Positions 1 through 12,258 of a DNA stretch of 64,000 nt are shown here, piece after piece (the first letter of the stretch is position 1; every line of letters starts with the position of its first letter). Both the position numbers and the translations under genes were made by a program. Below the pieces are notes generated by a model that saw only the letters and a program-made list of their open reading frames with translations, ran no database searches and was not told where the DNA came from. Source of the DNA: Octopus vulgaris. Lineage: Eukaryota. The DNA lies in assembly GCA_951406725.2 (NCBI GenBank), contig OX597814.1, forward strand, positions 99,944,001 through 100,008,000. Reading direction: 5' to 3'.

Positions 1-370
1 TTTATGCGATTTTATTTTCAAACGTGCCTTTGTAAGTAACACCTGTTTAACGTGTGAATTGTATAGTAAAGTAAATTTACGAAAATAAGAGATAAATGCA
101 GCATGTTTTTGTTACATATATGTTGAACTTAAAGCGTAATAATGGTTTCTGAATGAGTCCCAATGCCAGTAGTTTTGAGAGTTGCGCAAGCCGATACTAT
201 TGCTCCAGTAACTGACTGATACTATATTTCATCGTCCACGGAAGGGTGGAAAGCGTGATTTGAACAAAGAACGAAAAATGTCGAAGCATACCGTGAGTCA
301 CTTTGCCTATGCTTTAATCAGTTTGCCAAACCACTACACTTTACATGTTTTATAATGGACAGGAACACAT

Positions 371-428
371 ATTAGAGCACCGGGTAGATTGATTAGTACC
401 ATTAGAGCACCGGGTAGATTGATTAGTA
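371..428. repeat. Perfect tandem duplication, 30-bp period
   Basis: attagagcaccgggtagattgattagta at 371 and 401. Confidence 0.9.
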
Positions 429-2715
429 AAAATTCTGAACTACGAGCTCAATTCTCGCTAAGGTCAACTTTCTCTTTCGTCTTTTCGGTGTCCTATAAGT
501 AACTTACTAGTCGTATACTTGTGTTGTCTTTTATCTTCCTTTCACTCTTTTCGTCCGTATCACTTACATGGAAAAATCGGTTGTGAATTGACCTTGAGTG
601 TGATAGATTCTGCTAGCTCTTCACAGGCCTAAGTCACGCTGTATTTTGATTCGGCGCACCCATTCTTTATTAAGGTCAACCCTAGAATATAGTAAAAGGC
701 ATGCTCAAGTAGTAGGACCCGAATTTTTTTAACCACACGGCTTATATATTTTTGCATATAAGCGCACGTCCCTTTAGGCCAGTCTGAATAACATCTGGAC
801 TAACCTTTATTGTTCCATAACTTTGTAGTTCCACAAATAATAATCGATAAAACGAATAGAGACAGGGTAGATATGCATAATTCAAACGTTGTAGGCAGCT
901 ACGAATACACAAATAAGAGAATCTACACACTCACCTACATACATAGTGTTGTGTGGAAGTAGAACACCCCTATTGGCTAGCTCCTAATGGACTGTGCCAC
1001 AATATAAATGGACATACGCAAAGAGCCTTGAGCAGTGTAAAGCTGAGAGTTGCGTATTATCGAGGGTTATTACCAGTATCTTTAGTAGAAAGATTTGCAA
1101 GGACATTATTATCCCGTTATATCGTACGTTGAACGTGCGATACAACACATAGATACATACATACATACATACATACATACATACATACATACATACATAC
1201 ATACATACATACATACATACATACATACATGTATACATGCATGCATACGTACATAGATACATATATATATATACTTCATACAAATTACATTCATATGTTT
1301 GTGTGTGTGTGTATGTATGTCATAATAATGCTAATCAAACAAGGAAGACTGAATATTTCCTGATAGTATTCTTCTATGTATATGAGTTCATTTTTGATAA
1401 TTATATCTTCCTTTATGATAACGTCGACGTAGGATAATCGCTCTTGGGAATTCGTAATCTTCGCGTGAATTACTTTTCACATCAAGTTCTAACAAAGTTT
1501 ACAAGAAATAGCTTTGTTTTCTTTTTTAAATATTCACATATTTTCTTTATAGATTGCCTATATTATTTTACAATTGATGTTACACAAATAGATGCTTGTA
1601 CACAACTTCATTTTTAATTTTTTTCTTCAAATTCCTAGAGTGATGAGGTCTCCTGATGCAACGATAAATACACCAATGCTGTTATTGTTTTTATATCTTT
1701 GAGTGAGGAGAAAATACAGTTTCCAGGACCCTTTACAAAGCTTCTCGGATTGGATAGGAAAGTATCTAGAAACCGGAGACCTGGTATAAATACTTTCGAC
1801 AAAATGAACTCTGTTTATGGCAATAAAAGTGCCAGGCAGTAAGGTATGGAGATTTCAATATAAAGAACATGTACAACTGTCACAAGGGATTCGATCCAAA
1901 ATTCTTCCAGTGAAGCTAATCCACTGCCTTGGGTTGGTAATTTTTTCAATCTTTAAAGAATAAAATGGAAAGGTGATCCCGGCAGTGTATGTATTCAAAT
2001 CACAGAGACACGGTATAAGTATCGCTCGGCATTTCATCCGACATTTTCAGGATGCATGCAATTCGTCATCGTTTAACTCAGCCTTATAATCTAGAGAATT
2101 TAATCCGTGGTTATTCTGCATTTTAGGGGTAAGAGATCCTTACTGAACATGTTATTGCGTCTGCTCAAGAAAGTGATTTTATCAATGATTTTGATATATG
2201 GGCCAACATTAGTTTAAGTCTGTTAAAAAATGTTTCGCCTTCCACACAACAGTTGCCGATTATCTAATTATTTATTGCTTTAAATATTTTAAGATACTTG
2301 AAAAAAATTTATAAAACATGTACTAATAAGAATTTTAAATGCAAGTTTTGCTTTGGGCAAAATGTGACTCATATACGTATATAACAAGTTGAATGACTCA
2401 ATAATTTCCGAAGTGTGATGCACGAAAGTTATTACATATTATTTATAAAGCTAGTGAATGCGCGCACGAGAGAGAAAGAGATAGATAGATAAATAGATAC
2501 ATAGATAGAAATAAATAGATGTAAACATGTGCGTGTGTTTATATACGACGAGCTTCAGCAAATATACTGCGCAACAATTTCACTCAACAGGCGCAAGTCA
2601 ACCCTAGTCTATAGATGTTTCTCCAAATCTTCACACAATGGCATCTAACAACGGACGATCTGAATGTGAATCGCACTTCCTTACCATGCATCCAATGCAT
2701 GTACATATACATGCG

Positions 2716-2777
<62 letters not shown>

Positions 2778-3068
2778 CAAAGTAAAAGTGCGTGTAACCG
2801 CACGAGTAAAAGTATAAAGAAAAGAATCTGAAAATGCAGAAGTCTTTTAAAAGTATTTATTAACTTAACCGGTTTCACTTATTTAAAAAGATTTTCAAAC
2901 GTAAACTGAGCTTTTGTGTATATTCTATGGTGTCAAAAATTAGCTTACGAAAATATATTCAAATCAAATGATGGAGTCTCTGACAAGAAGATAAAATATG
3001 TGTATGCATACATACGCACACACACAAACATATGTATATGTATGTATGTAAACACACACGTATATATA

Positions 3069-3116
<48 letters not shown>

Positions 3117-3202
3117 TATACACATGTATTTATATATGTGTGTGTGTGTATGTATGTATCTAAATATATATCTATGTGTAAAACAAGGTATAAATAATGG
3201 CC

Positions 3203-3499
3203 ATTATATATTTCTTTATTGTAGTAAATTAGAGTAACACCTGTTTCCACTAGCCATTATAGGTGCGTGATAGATTGGTTTACTTAATCGGTCAATTGAT
3301 CGGTTCACAGAAATCGAACGACCTAGACAATTAATACTACTCTTGTCAGAATCATTTCTGGTTATAAGCAAGCGAAATACTCGTTCAATTTTTCTTACCA
3401 TATCAATGGTTCGATTGGCTAAACCACTCAATAATGAATCTACAATGATTACTGGAAAGAGCTGTAAGTCGAATTTACTACAATAAAGCAATATGTAAT
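3203..3499. mobile_element. MITE-like foldback element
   Basis: 17-bp perfect inverted repeat ctttattgtagtaaatt (3214) / aatttactacaataaag (ends 3488), with imperfect extension outward and inward. Confidence 0.65.
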
Positions 3500-3730
3500 G
3501 AACATTGTTTATGCCTTGTCTTGTATATCACGGTATAAAAACAATAAACATTATAAATAGAACCCAACCAAGGTTTTACAATATATCAAAGGTTGATCAA
3601 CTATACCATCACACCATGCCACATGTATACACAGAATTCTTTACTAATCTAAAAAAAACATTGTTATCCTGGTGTACTAAGAGAGAACTTATGAAGTAAT
3701 TTGTCCGGATTAATAATTCTTTATTAATGA

Positions 3731-3855
<125 letters not shown>

Positions 3856-4000
3856 AAAAGCAATAAAGATTCAAGTTAATTTAAATGAATTTACTTGAAT
3901 ATGGTACCTAACTTAGATGCACCAAAAAACTATACGGTTTTAACAATACAGTAATGTGGGGTGATTATAAGCGAGAAAGAAGCAACAAGAATGGTTAGGT

Positions 4001-4091
4001 TTTTAGTACAATCGTTTCATACAAGGACAGGCTTTATTAAAAGTTGCAAAAATTGCAGCATATAAACGTGTCCCGTACTCATCAGCTAAAA
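4001..4091 (-). ncRNA. Type I hammerhead ribozyme in the PLE 3' UTR
   Basis: Minus strand reads TTTTAG-CTGATGA-GTAC GGGAC...GTCC TT GTAT-GAAAC-GATT-GTA-CTAAAA: 6-bp stem I, canonical core, stem II closed by G:U, short stem III, GUA cleavage triplet. Confidence 0.85.
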
Positions 4092-4242
4092 TACATGTGA
4101 TTTCTCTAGACATCCTAGTGGTTGAGGCTATACTCATGAAGTAATGTAGATAATTAAGTAACATAATCAGATTTCCAAAGTTCATTAAAGTTCTTTAAAG
4201 ATGGTGTACAGTCTTATCACAGAATTTAAAAAAAATTTCAAT

Positions 4243-4530
4243 AGCATCACAGAGAAGGTGACTTAATCCATAGTGTACATATGAATTTCCAGAGATATGA
4301 GGAGGGATTACATACTCACAGACGACAAATTTATCCATTGTTAATCACAACGAGGTGGGTCTCAATTCCTGCTTATTAGCATTACAGAGAGGGTGAGTTA
4401 ATCCTTTGTATAGATGCACAATTTCCAATGGTGTAGATGTAAATTTCCAGAGAAATGAAGAGGAATTTCATATTCACAGGCGATAAATTTATCAATGGTT
4501 GAACACAATGAGGTAGGTATCAATTCTTGC
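4243..4530. repeat. Diverged tandem duplication (2 x ~135-150 bp) in the PLE 3' UTR
   Basis: agcatcacagagaaggtgacttaatcc...ctcaattcctgct versus agcattacagagagggtgagttaatcc...atcaattcttgct. Confidence 0.8.
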
Positions 4531-5546
4531 TATATGATTAGGTATTTGCCACATTAATCACATTACTGCTATTTACAAGAGACTGTAGCTATTTAACTTT
4601 TAAAGGCTGAAGGGCTTTCTAGAGAGGCAAAGAACAGAAAAGGGAAGGAAAGAGAAGAAAAGAGAGAAAATAAAGGAGGAGGGAGCAAAAGGGGGGGGAC
4701 TAAAAGAGAAGAGAAAAGGAAAAAGAAAAAAGAAAAAGAGAATAAGAAGAAGAGAAAGAAAAAAGAGAAAACAGAAAGAAATAGGGAAAGAAGGGAAAAA
4801 AAGAAAAAGAAAAAAAGAGGGTTCTAGTTATACAGAAGAATTAGTAGACGACAAGTCTGGTTTTAATTTACAGGCATCTAGGAACTAGAGGAGAATATTA
4901 TTATTTGACCAGTAAAACAGCTAATTTATTGCTGTTGAAAGCAGCTATGAATCTAAAGAGAATCTAAAGAGATAACACGGTCAGGGGTTTAGGGGTCAGA
5001 GGCTAAAATCAAAAGAAAATACATTAGGAAAATCTAAGTATAATCTTATCAAAAAGTCATTAAAATTTATTTATTTAATTTATTCATTTTACTGTCTTAA
5101 GGAGTTGCCGTTATTATTCATACATTGACGGACTACAGGTCAAATCTTAGAAGATCATTTACAAGGTGTTAGGGAATTGTCTATCATAATGAAGATAATC
5201 ATATTATTACCGAGGGAGTAGCCTTATTTATTTAATTTTGAGATAGAATTATGGGGCTTTATTAACTCATTTTATTTTATTAAAGTTATGCTACTTAAAT
5301 TAGATTAAGTTAAGAATTAAAATTAAAAATTAAAATTAAGATTTAAAATTATGAGTTTGAAATTAAATAAAGCCTCAATTAAGCAGCGTATAAGTACTAT
5401 TCATTTCCCTGTTCTCAAAAAACTGATGCAGATATAAGGAAAAAGATAACTGTAGTGTGAGAACTCTTAGTTATCTACTTAAAGTAGTGCTATACTAGTA
5501 AAAATCAAGTTATATCTATCTATCTATCTAGTTACGAATATTCTAA

Positions 5547-8360
5547 TCATTTAAAATATTTTAAAGTCTTCAATTTAGCGTGGACACAAACTTGACCTAG
5601 TTCGATATGGTTATTCAATAAGTTTCTATGTTTTCTATGCTTTAGAATTTCATACGTCTCCATGGAGCATAGTTGGCAACCAACCCTGCTATTTTTATAC
5701 GGAATTGCTCTCCTAACTATTTCCCAATTAAGGTTATAATTATTATTATTATTTTTGAGTTCCCAGATTTTGTTTGAAAGTGTGGTGGTACCAGCTTTAT
5801 GACGTAATTTAAAAGACGAGATGTGATTTCTAACTCTGGCTAGAAAATTAATTGTACATCCAATGTAAAAATATTTGTTATTCTCCGTGGATATGGTACA
5901 TTTATAGATTACATTATTTTCCCCGCATAGACCAGGTGCCGGGCATTTTGATTTTATTCTACACTTACACACAGGAGGAACAACTTCAGGTTTTGGATTA
6001 TTCTTGGGTAGATGTCTTAGGTTCCTATTGTTATGATTATCATGAGTATAATTGTCCTTATTGTTATTAATATTTCTATAGTTGGTGCTGATATCTAAAG
6101 TATTGCTATTATTTATTGATCCTTCTGTTTCATCTTTTAGGTCTAAAGTCCTACCATGATTTCTTATATTATTGGTAATGTTACTATTATTGTTAATCTT
6201 TTTATCCGACTGCATATTGTTGTTATAGATATCACTGATATTTTCATTCTCCTTATTTTCACCATTAGCCTTATTTCTATTATTTCTATTATTAACATTA
6301 TTACTTCTATTAATATCGGTATTGCTATTCTTACTATTAATGTTAATGTTATTAGTCATTCTGTGGTTACTAATTTCACCCATGTTTTGATAGTTACTAT
6401 TGCTGTTTTTATTGTTGGTAGTATTATTATAATTGCTATTGGTATTCATGCTGATATTATTATTTTTATTTCTATCTTTCCTGGCTAGTTTAATGTTGTT
6501 ATTATTAATCTTAGCTATTAAAGTGGACATATTTGGGAGGGTTGAATAAGAAATCCTAACTGTTTTCCTAGAAATAATTCTATGATATCTATGAGAGATT
6601 GGGAAATTTTTTTCCAGAATTACTTTGAATTTGTTCTGTATATCCGATTGTATCGCACAGTTGAAAGGAATATTCAGCCATAATATATCTTTTTTATTAA
6701 ATTTAGGGTTCGTAGAATTATTACTATTCATCTCACCGGAGTTATTGTATTTATTACCATTATTTTTATTTTTATTTGTGTGCATCTTTGGTTTATCTAC
6801 TTCGATATTATCCGAGTTACCTATGTTCTGGTCAATGCTTCTATTTGAATTGTTGGGCCTGTACGTTAGATTAGCGTTTACCGTTAATTTAATTCTACTT
6901 TTATTTCGGGCTTGGTCTGTTTTGCTGCTTACGTGATTACTGATAACTTCTTTATTAGGAATACGTGAGTTCTCCATATCAACGAATGTAATCTTTTGGT
7001 TGTATCCAGCCTTAGTTAACGCCGCATTATAATGCTCAGAATGGGAGTTAAATATATCCTTATTGGATGATAATTTTGAAATTCTTAATGAAATATTTCT
7101 TACTAAAGATTCAATTATATTTGGGGGATGATTTGATAATTTATTTACGTAATTCGTGATTTCTCCTTCCTTTCTAAATGGGTAATGCAGCTTGGAGTTA
7201 AGGTCTAGCGTAATATCTAGGAAGTTAACTATTTTAGTGCCCGGTTCATACGTTATACTGAGGTTGAAATCCTTAAAGAACTTATTAATTTTCTTTCTAA
7301 TCCTTTCTCTAACAGATTTATTATTACTAGGGATAACAAACAGAGCATCATCCCTATATAGACCCCCCTGTATTTCTGGGATATCCTTGCTTATGCATTT
7401 TAATAGATATGCGCCTACTAGGTTGGTTACCTCAGCCGAATCACTGGAACCCATTGGTATATCAAAATAATTAGGTGTATCTGCTCTAGTCCATAATTTA
7501 TCTTCAAATTCTATAAATGTCTTCCTAGCTAGTAGCACAATATTGATTTCTTTTCTAGATATGAGGGATCGATTCATGGCAAATATTAGTGATTTGTTGA
7601 GTAAGATAGGGGAAATACTAGAGTAATAACTATTAATATCGAACTGAATAAAGGACAGACTGCTAGTATTAGTTAGAGAGTTAAACCATTTTAGAACTTC
7701 GTCCGTACTTAGCCATAGGTTTAAGGGGAGAAGAGGGGTTATTTGGGGTAGAACAGTATCCAGGATAGATTTACTAAGTCGGCCAATGTCCGACTTAGTT
7801 GGACAGATCAGCCTTACCGAAGGGTTTTCCAAGAAATTCTTTTTGTGGTCTTTAAGGTTGATCCTGGGCTCACACGGTTTAAGCGGCTCTGTTCTATCCG
7901 TTAAATTTAGTTTCTCCATGATCTCTTTCATTTCCAGGTTTACTTTTTTCAAATTGTTCTTAGTCGTAATTTTATATTTGGAGTTTAGTTCCTTCCTAAT
8001 TAATTTGCTATAAAGATCGTAATCAACTCTATACATATTACCCGTTTTATCTGCTGGTACTAGGATTCCATGTTTGCACCGGGTTGACTGAATAAAGTTC
8101 CTAAGGTGTCTAAGGTGAGGGTTATATCTTAACGGGTGTTCCTTGAAGCTAATATCATCTATAAGATTCAGCAAGTCTTTCTCAAAATTCTCCAGGAATG
8201 GGTTCTGAGGTGGACTTTTTCTACTTTTAAAAATTCTTCCAAAATTCTTTTCGGTATTCTTTTCCTGTGGTTTCTTCTTCTGTTTGACATCAAAATGGTA
8301 CGTTTTCCACCTGATTCTTCTAATGAAATCGTTAATCCTATGAATGAGAAGCCAATGAAT
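5547..8360 (-). CDS. Penelope-like element (Naiad-type) polyprotein: reverse transcriptase + Cys knuckle + GIY-YIG endonuclease; slightly 5'-truncated
   Basis: The 875-aa ORF in the track stays open upstream to 8360 (IHWLLIHRINDFIRRIRWKTYHF...FLENFEKDLLNL). PLE motifs: ADKTG, FIQFDINSYYSSI, IPMGSSDSAEV, GLYRDD (7347-7358), VNFLDITLDL, SNHPP, CKCRIKSKCPAPGLC, VIYKC...YIGCT, CQLC..E, LLNNHIE..CVH. No stops or frameshifts. Confidence 0.95.
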   Translation of the reverse strand: MHWLLIHRINDFIRRIRWKTYHFDVKQKKKPQEKNTEKNFGRIFKSRKSPPQNPFLENFEKDLLNLIDDISFKEHPLRYNPHLRHLRNFIQSTRCKHGILVPADKTGNMYRVDYDLYSKLIRKELNSKYKITTKNNLKKVNLEMKEIMEKLNLTDRTEPLKPCEPRINLKDHKKNFLENPSVRLICPTKSDIGRLSKSILDTVLPQITPLLPLNLWLSTDEVLKWFNSLTNTSSLSFIQFDINSYYSSISPILLNKSLIFAMNRSLISRKEINIVLLARKTFIEFEDKLWTRADTPNYFDIPMGSSDSAEVTNLVGAYLLKCISKDIPEIQGGLYRDDALFVIPSNNKSVRERIRKKINKFFKDFNLSITYEPGTKIVNFLDITLDLNSKLHYPFRKEGEITNYVNKLSNHPPNIIESLVRNISLRISKLSSNKDIFNSHSEHYNAALTKAGYNQKITFVDMENSRIPNKEVISNHVSSKTDQARNKSRIKLTVNANLTYRPNNSNRSIDQNIGNSDNIEVDKPKMHTNKNKNNGNKYNNSGEMNSNNSTNPKFNKKDILWLNIPFNCAIQSDIQNKFKVILEKNFPISHRYHRIISRKTVRISYSTLPNMSTLIAKINNNNIKLARKDRNKNNNISMNTNSNYNNTTNNKNSNSNYQNMGEISNHRMTNNININSKNSNTDINRSNNVNNRNNRNKANGENKENENISDIYNNNMQSDKKINNNSNITNNIRNHGRTLDLKDETEGSINNSNTLDISTNYRNINNNKDNYTHDNHNNRNLRHLPKNNPKPEVVPPVCKCRIKSKCPAPGLCGENNVIYKCTISTENNKYFYIGCTINFLARVRNHISSFKLRHKAGTTTLSNKIWELKNNNNNYNLNWEIVRRAIPYKNSRVGCQLCSMETYEILKHRKHRNLLNNHIELGQVCVHAKLKTLKYFK

Positions 8361-8612
8361 AGGAAGACATTTATAGAATTTGAAGATAAATTATGGATTA
8401 GAGCAGATACACCTAATTATTTTGATATACCAATGGGTTCCAGTGATTCGGCTGAGGTAACCAACCTAGTAGGCGCATATCTATTAAAATGCATAAGCAA
8501 GGATATCCCAGAAATACAGGGGGGTCTATATAGGGATGATGCTCTGTTTGTTATCCCTAGTAATAATAAATCTGTTATAGAAAGGATTAGAAAGAAAATT
8601 AATAAGTTCTTT
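8360..8612 (+). repeat. Inverted duplicate of an internal RT segment (7275-7527) at the PLE 5' junction
   Basis: 253-bp reverse-complement match. Two differences are visible in translation (WTR/WIR, SVRE/SVIE). Confidence 0.95.
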
Positions 8613-8687
8613 CTGATGTGAATTTGCTACCCAGGTATCGGTTAATTCGAATTATCCATAATAAGATAATTCATTCAACTGCTCAAA

Positions 8688-8798
<111 letters not shown>

Positions 8799-9657
8799 TA
8801 GTTCTAAAATCTCTCTAAGATATCAACGCAGTAGTTGTACTAACAAGTAATATTCATAACCACTTTAGTATGGCTGTCCCTTTGAGCGGAGAATACTGCG
8901 ATTTTAAACCCCAAGAGGACATCTCCTCTAGCCGGTTAACTATGCACAGGTGCATCCAATAAAATTGCGCGCGGGCGAGCGAACTCATACAATCTCCTAG
9001 CAACGGGACCAGTGGACCAGTTTAGGTTTCGGGCTATTTCTGGTACTGCTCAGTCCTAGACACCTCCTCTGCCAGGGATGATTGCAGCTTGCTCCTGCAT
9101 GCAATATACATTTCAATATATATATATTCAATATAATACACAGTCGCTGATTTTGCAGCATGCAAAAGTGCTAGTTCTAAAATCTCTCTAAGAGTTCACC
9201 AGAGTAGTTCTACTGACAAGTAATATTCGTAGCCACTTTAGCATGATTGCCCGTTCGCGCAGACCCTACTTATATATTTTAACCCGAAGAGGACATCTCC
9301 TCTGGATGGTTAACGATGCACAGCTGCATCGGATAAAATTGTGAACAGGGTACGAACCCCTACCATCACTTAGCGTCGGGATCAGTAGAACAGTTCTGGT
9401 TCCGGGCTATTTCTGCCACTCCTGCTATCATCTCTGGCACACGAGGTGTCTAGTACAGAGGAGTGGCAGAAATAGCCCAAAACCAGGAATGGTCTACAGG
9501 TCTCGACGTTAGGAGATGGTAGGGGTCCGGTCCCCTGTGTGCAATTTTATCCGATGCAGCTGTGCACCGTTAACAAGCTAGAGGAGATGTCTTCTTGGGT
9601 TTAAAAAAATCGAAGTAAAGTCCGCTCGAATGGACAGCCACGTGAAAGTAGGTACGA
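8799..9657. repeat. Non-coding repeat array: two direct diverged copies (~8799-9090, ~9172-9424) plus an inverted copy (~9420-9657), bounded by (TA)n/(TACA)n
   Basis: tagttctaaaatctctctaaga starts both direct copies. gaggacatctcctct...gcatc(c/g)(a/g)ataaaattg recurs and appears reverse-complemented at 9541-9600. Confidence 0.85.
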
Positions 9658-9660
9658 ATA

Positions 9661-9696
<36 letters not shown>

Positions 9697-10061
9697 CAAT
9701 TTCTGGTGTAATCTTTCGCCACAACATTTTCTCATTCTTTCTTCTGTTGGCGTGCTCGCTTATCCAGCGGGGTGGCGTCATTTGAAGGCTAAAACAATGC
9801 AAAGCGCATTGTGACCAACGATGTGTAGCAACATCTGACAGCCTGGTCGGTCACAGTGATAAGGGTGATATATATATAATGTATGTGTGTGTGTGTGTAT
9901 ACATACGCACATATACATACATATATGCACACTTACGCATACACACATACGCTCGCAAACACATTTATATATATAAATACACGTATATGTATATTTGAGT
10001 GTATCGTTTTATAGTAGTACGACTATGAAGTATACACAAGCGGGAACTGTGTCTACAACTA

Positions 10062-10112
<51 letters not shown>

Positions 10113-10542
10113 TTCTAAGGTATCATCAGGTAATATATTAGTTAAACACACACACACACACATGCATGCACACACATATAATATTTATATGCATGTATAT
10201 ATATGGATACATACATATATGTATATATATTTGTATATATATATTATCTATGTATATATATTATATATATTTATATATATTTATATTTTAAAATTAGTTT
10301 TAGACAAGGCTCCCGTTTGTGTATACTTCATAGTGGTACTACAATCAAACAATACACTCAAATATAAATATGCGTGTATTTATATATATACATTTGTTTG
10401 CGTGCATATGTCTATGTGTCTGTGTGTTTGTGTGTGAATGCACAAATATATACACAAACATTCAGATAGCAGCGTAGTATGTAATATATGTGCATAAATT
10501 TGTCCACACATGCATCATATACATACATACATACATATATAC

Positions 10543-10577
<35 letters not shown>

Positions 10578-10624
10578 CATACATACATATACATACATAT
10601 ATATACATATATACATATATATAC

Positions 10625-10696
<72 letters not shown>

Positions 10697-10875
10697 ATGT
10701 ATTTATATATATATATATATGGATCTGTGCGAGAGAATGTGTGTCTGCACCTCTATATGTGTAGATCGAGTCAATTCACAATGGGGATTGTGCGTCAAAT
10801 CTGAACGCCATCCAATAAGGTAAACTTTCTGTACATTATATTGGAAATGGTTTAGAAATCATTTTCCTTCTTGTG

Positions 10876-10951
<76 letters not shown>

Positions 10952-10978
10952 TAATAATAACTATTAATATTATTATTA

Positions 10979-11016
<38 letters not shown>

Positions 11017-11036
11017 GTTGTTGTTGTTGTTGTTGT

Positions 11037-11071
<35 letters not shown>

Positions 11072-11956
11072 ATCGTCGTCATCATCATCATTATGGAATT
11101 ATTTACTAGTTTTGATTATTTTTTTCTGTTTTTTTTTGTAGATTTCTTTCTCGCTTTTATTTCAGGCGATTATAAAGGATGCAGAACGGTTTGCTTTTGT
11201 CTTGTTCCAAGCAACTGTTTCCTCTTGCTCCAATGAAAATATCTTCCTGCTCATTACTAGAAATTTATTGCATCGCAGACAAACCGGATACCTCTAGCTA
11301 GAATCGATTTCATGGACAAAAAAATCTAGAAGTATATACACATATACATGTGCATATATACATGCATATATATATATATGTGTGTATGTGTGTGTGGATA
11401 TGTAGGTGTGTGTGTACACGAATAAAACAGCCAGTGTAGCGGAAAATAATACGTAAAAAAATAATAGTTATAACGAAATACAAAAGGTAAGAAATATTCA
11501 CAAAAAAATAATGAATAAATAAATAAATACAGGTGGGCACAAAAAAAAAGGAAAAATAGAAGAAACGAATTATCGAAATGGTAGGAAAGGAGAAAAACAC
11601 TATATTGGAAATAAAACTGAAGGTAGAAATTGGAAAAGAATAGAAGAAACAGTAAAAAAAAAAAAGAATTATTAAAATGAGACGAATAAAGGAAAGGGTA
11701 GACTAGTAGAGGGCTGGAAAATGAATAAGGAGGCAAAAACAGGAAAGGAATATTAAGGACAGGCGATGGTGGAGGAATGCTTATATATATTTATGTGTGT
11801 GTGAATAGATATAAGCACGTATATATGTGTGTATGTATGCATAGTATATATATCATACGCACACACAAGCATATATAAATATATATATATATATATAAAC
11901 ATTCCTCCACCGTTGCTTATCCTTACTATTCCTTTCGTGATTTTGCTTCGTATTCA

Positions 11957-12001
<45 letters not shown>

Positions 12002-12018
12002 GTAGATATATATATACA

Positions 12019-12090
<72 letters not shown>

Positions 12091-12258
12091 CACACACATA
12101 TATATGTATATGAAATAACAAATAAAATATATTTTATAAAACATAACTAGATCTCAAAAAGTATAAAATTGAATGATCAATATATATATATATAAACCTT
12201 ATAATTTCTAAATCTCTCAGACAGAGATATCTAGTAACACTTCTTTAAAGTAAATATT

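Noticed and set aside
1610-1800. Possible host exon after a polypyrimidine tract and AG
   Set aside because: Short frames with no recognisable protein. Such signals are common in AT-rich DNA.
4243-4530. Possible selenopeptide: on the minus strand one repeat copy reads PTSLC and the other PTSL-TGA
   Set aside because: No start codon, stops flank the first copy, and I could not identify a SECIS. A single TGT/TGA difference is expected by chance.
5852-8013. Hydrophobic plus-strand ORFs (e.g. 6156-6488)
   Set aside because: Antisense shadows of the Asn/Lys-rich PLE ORF.
8136-8621. 161-aa plus-strand ORF containing YRDD
   Set aside because: A chimera of antisense PLE sequence and the inverted RT duplicate, not an independent gene.
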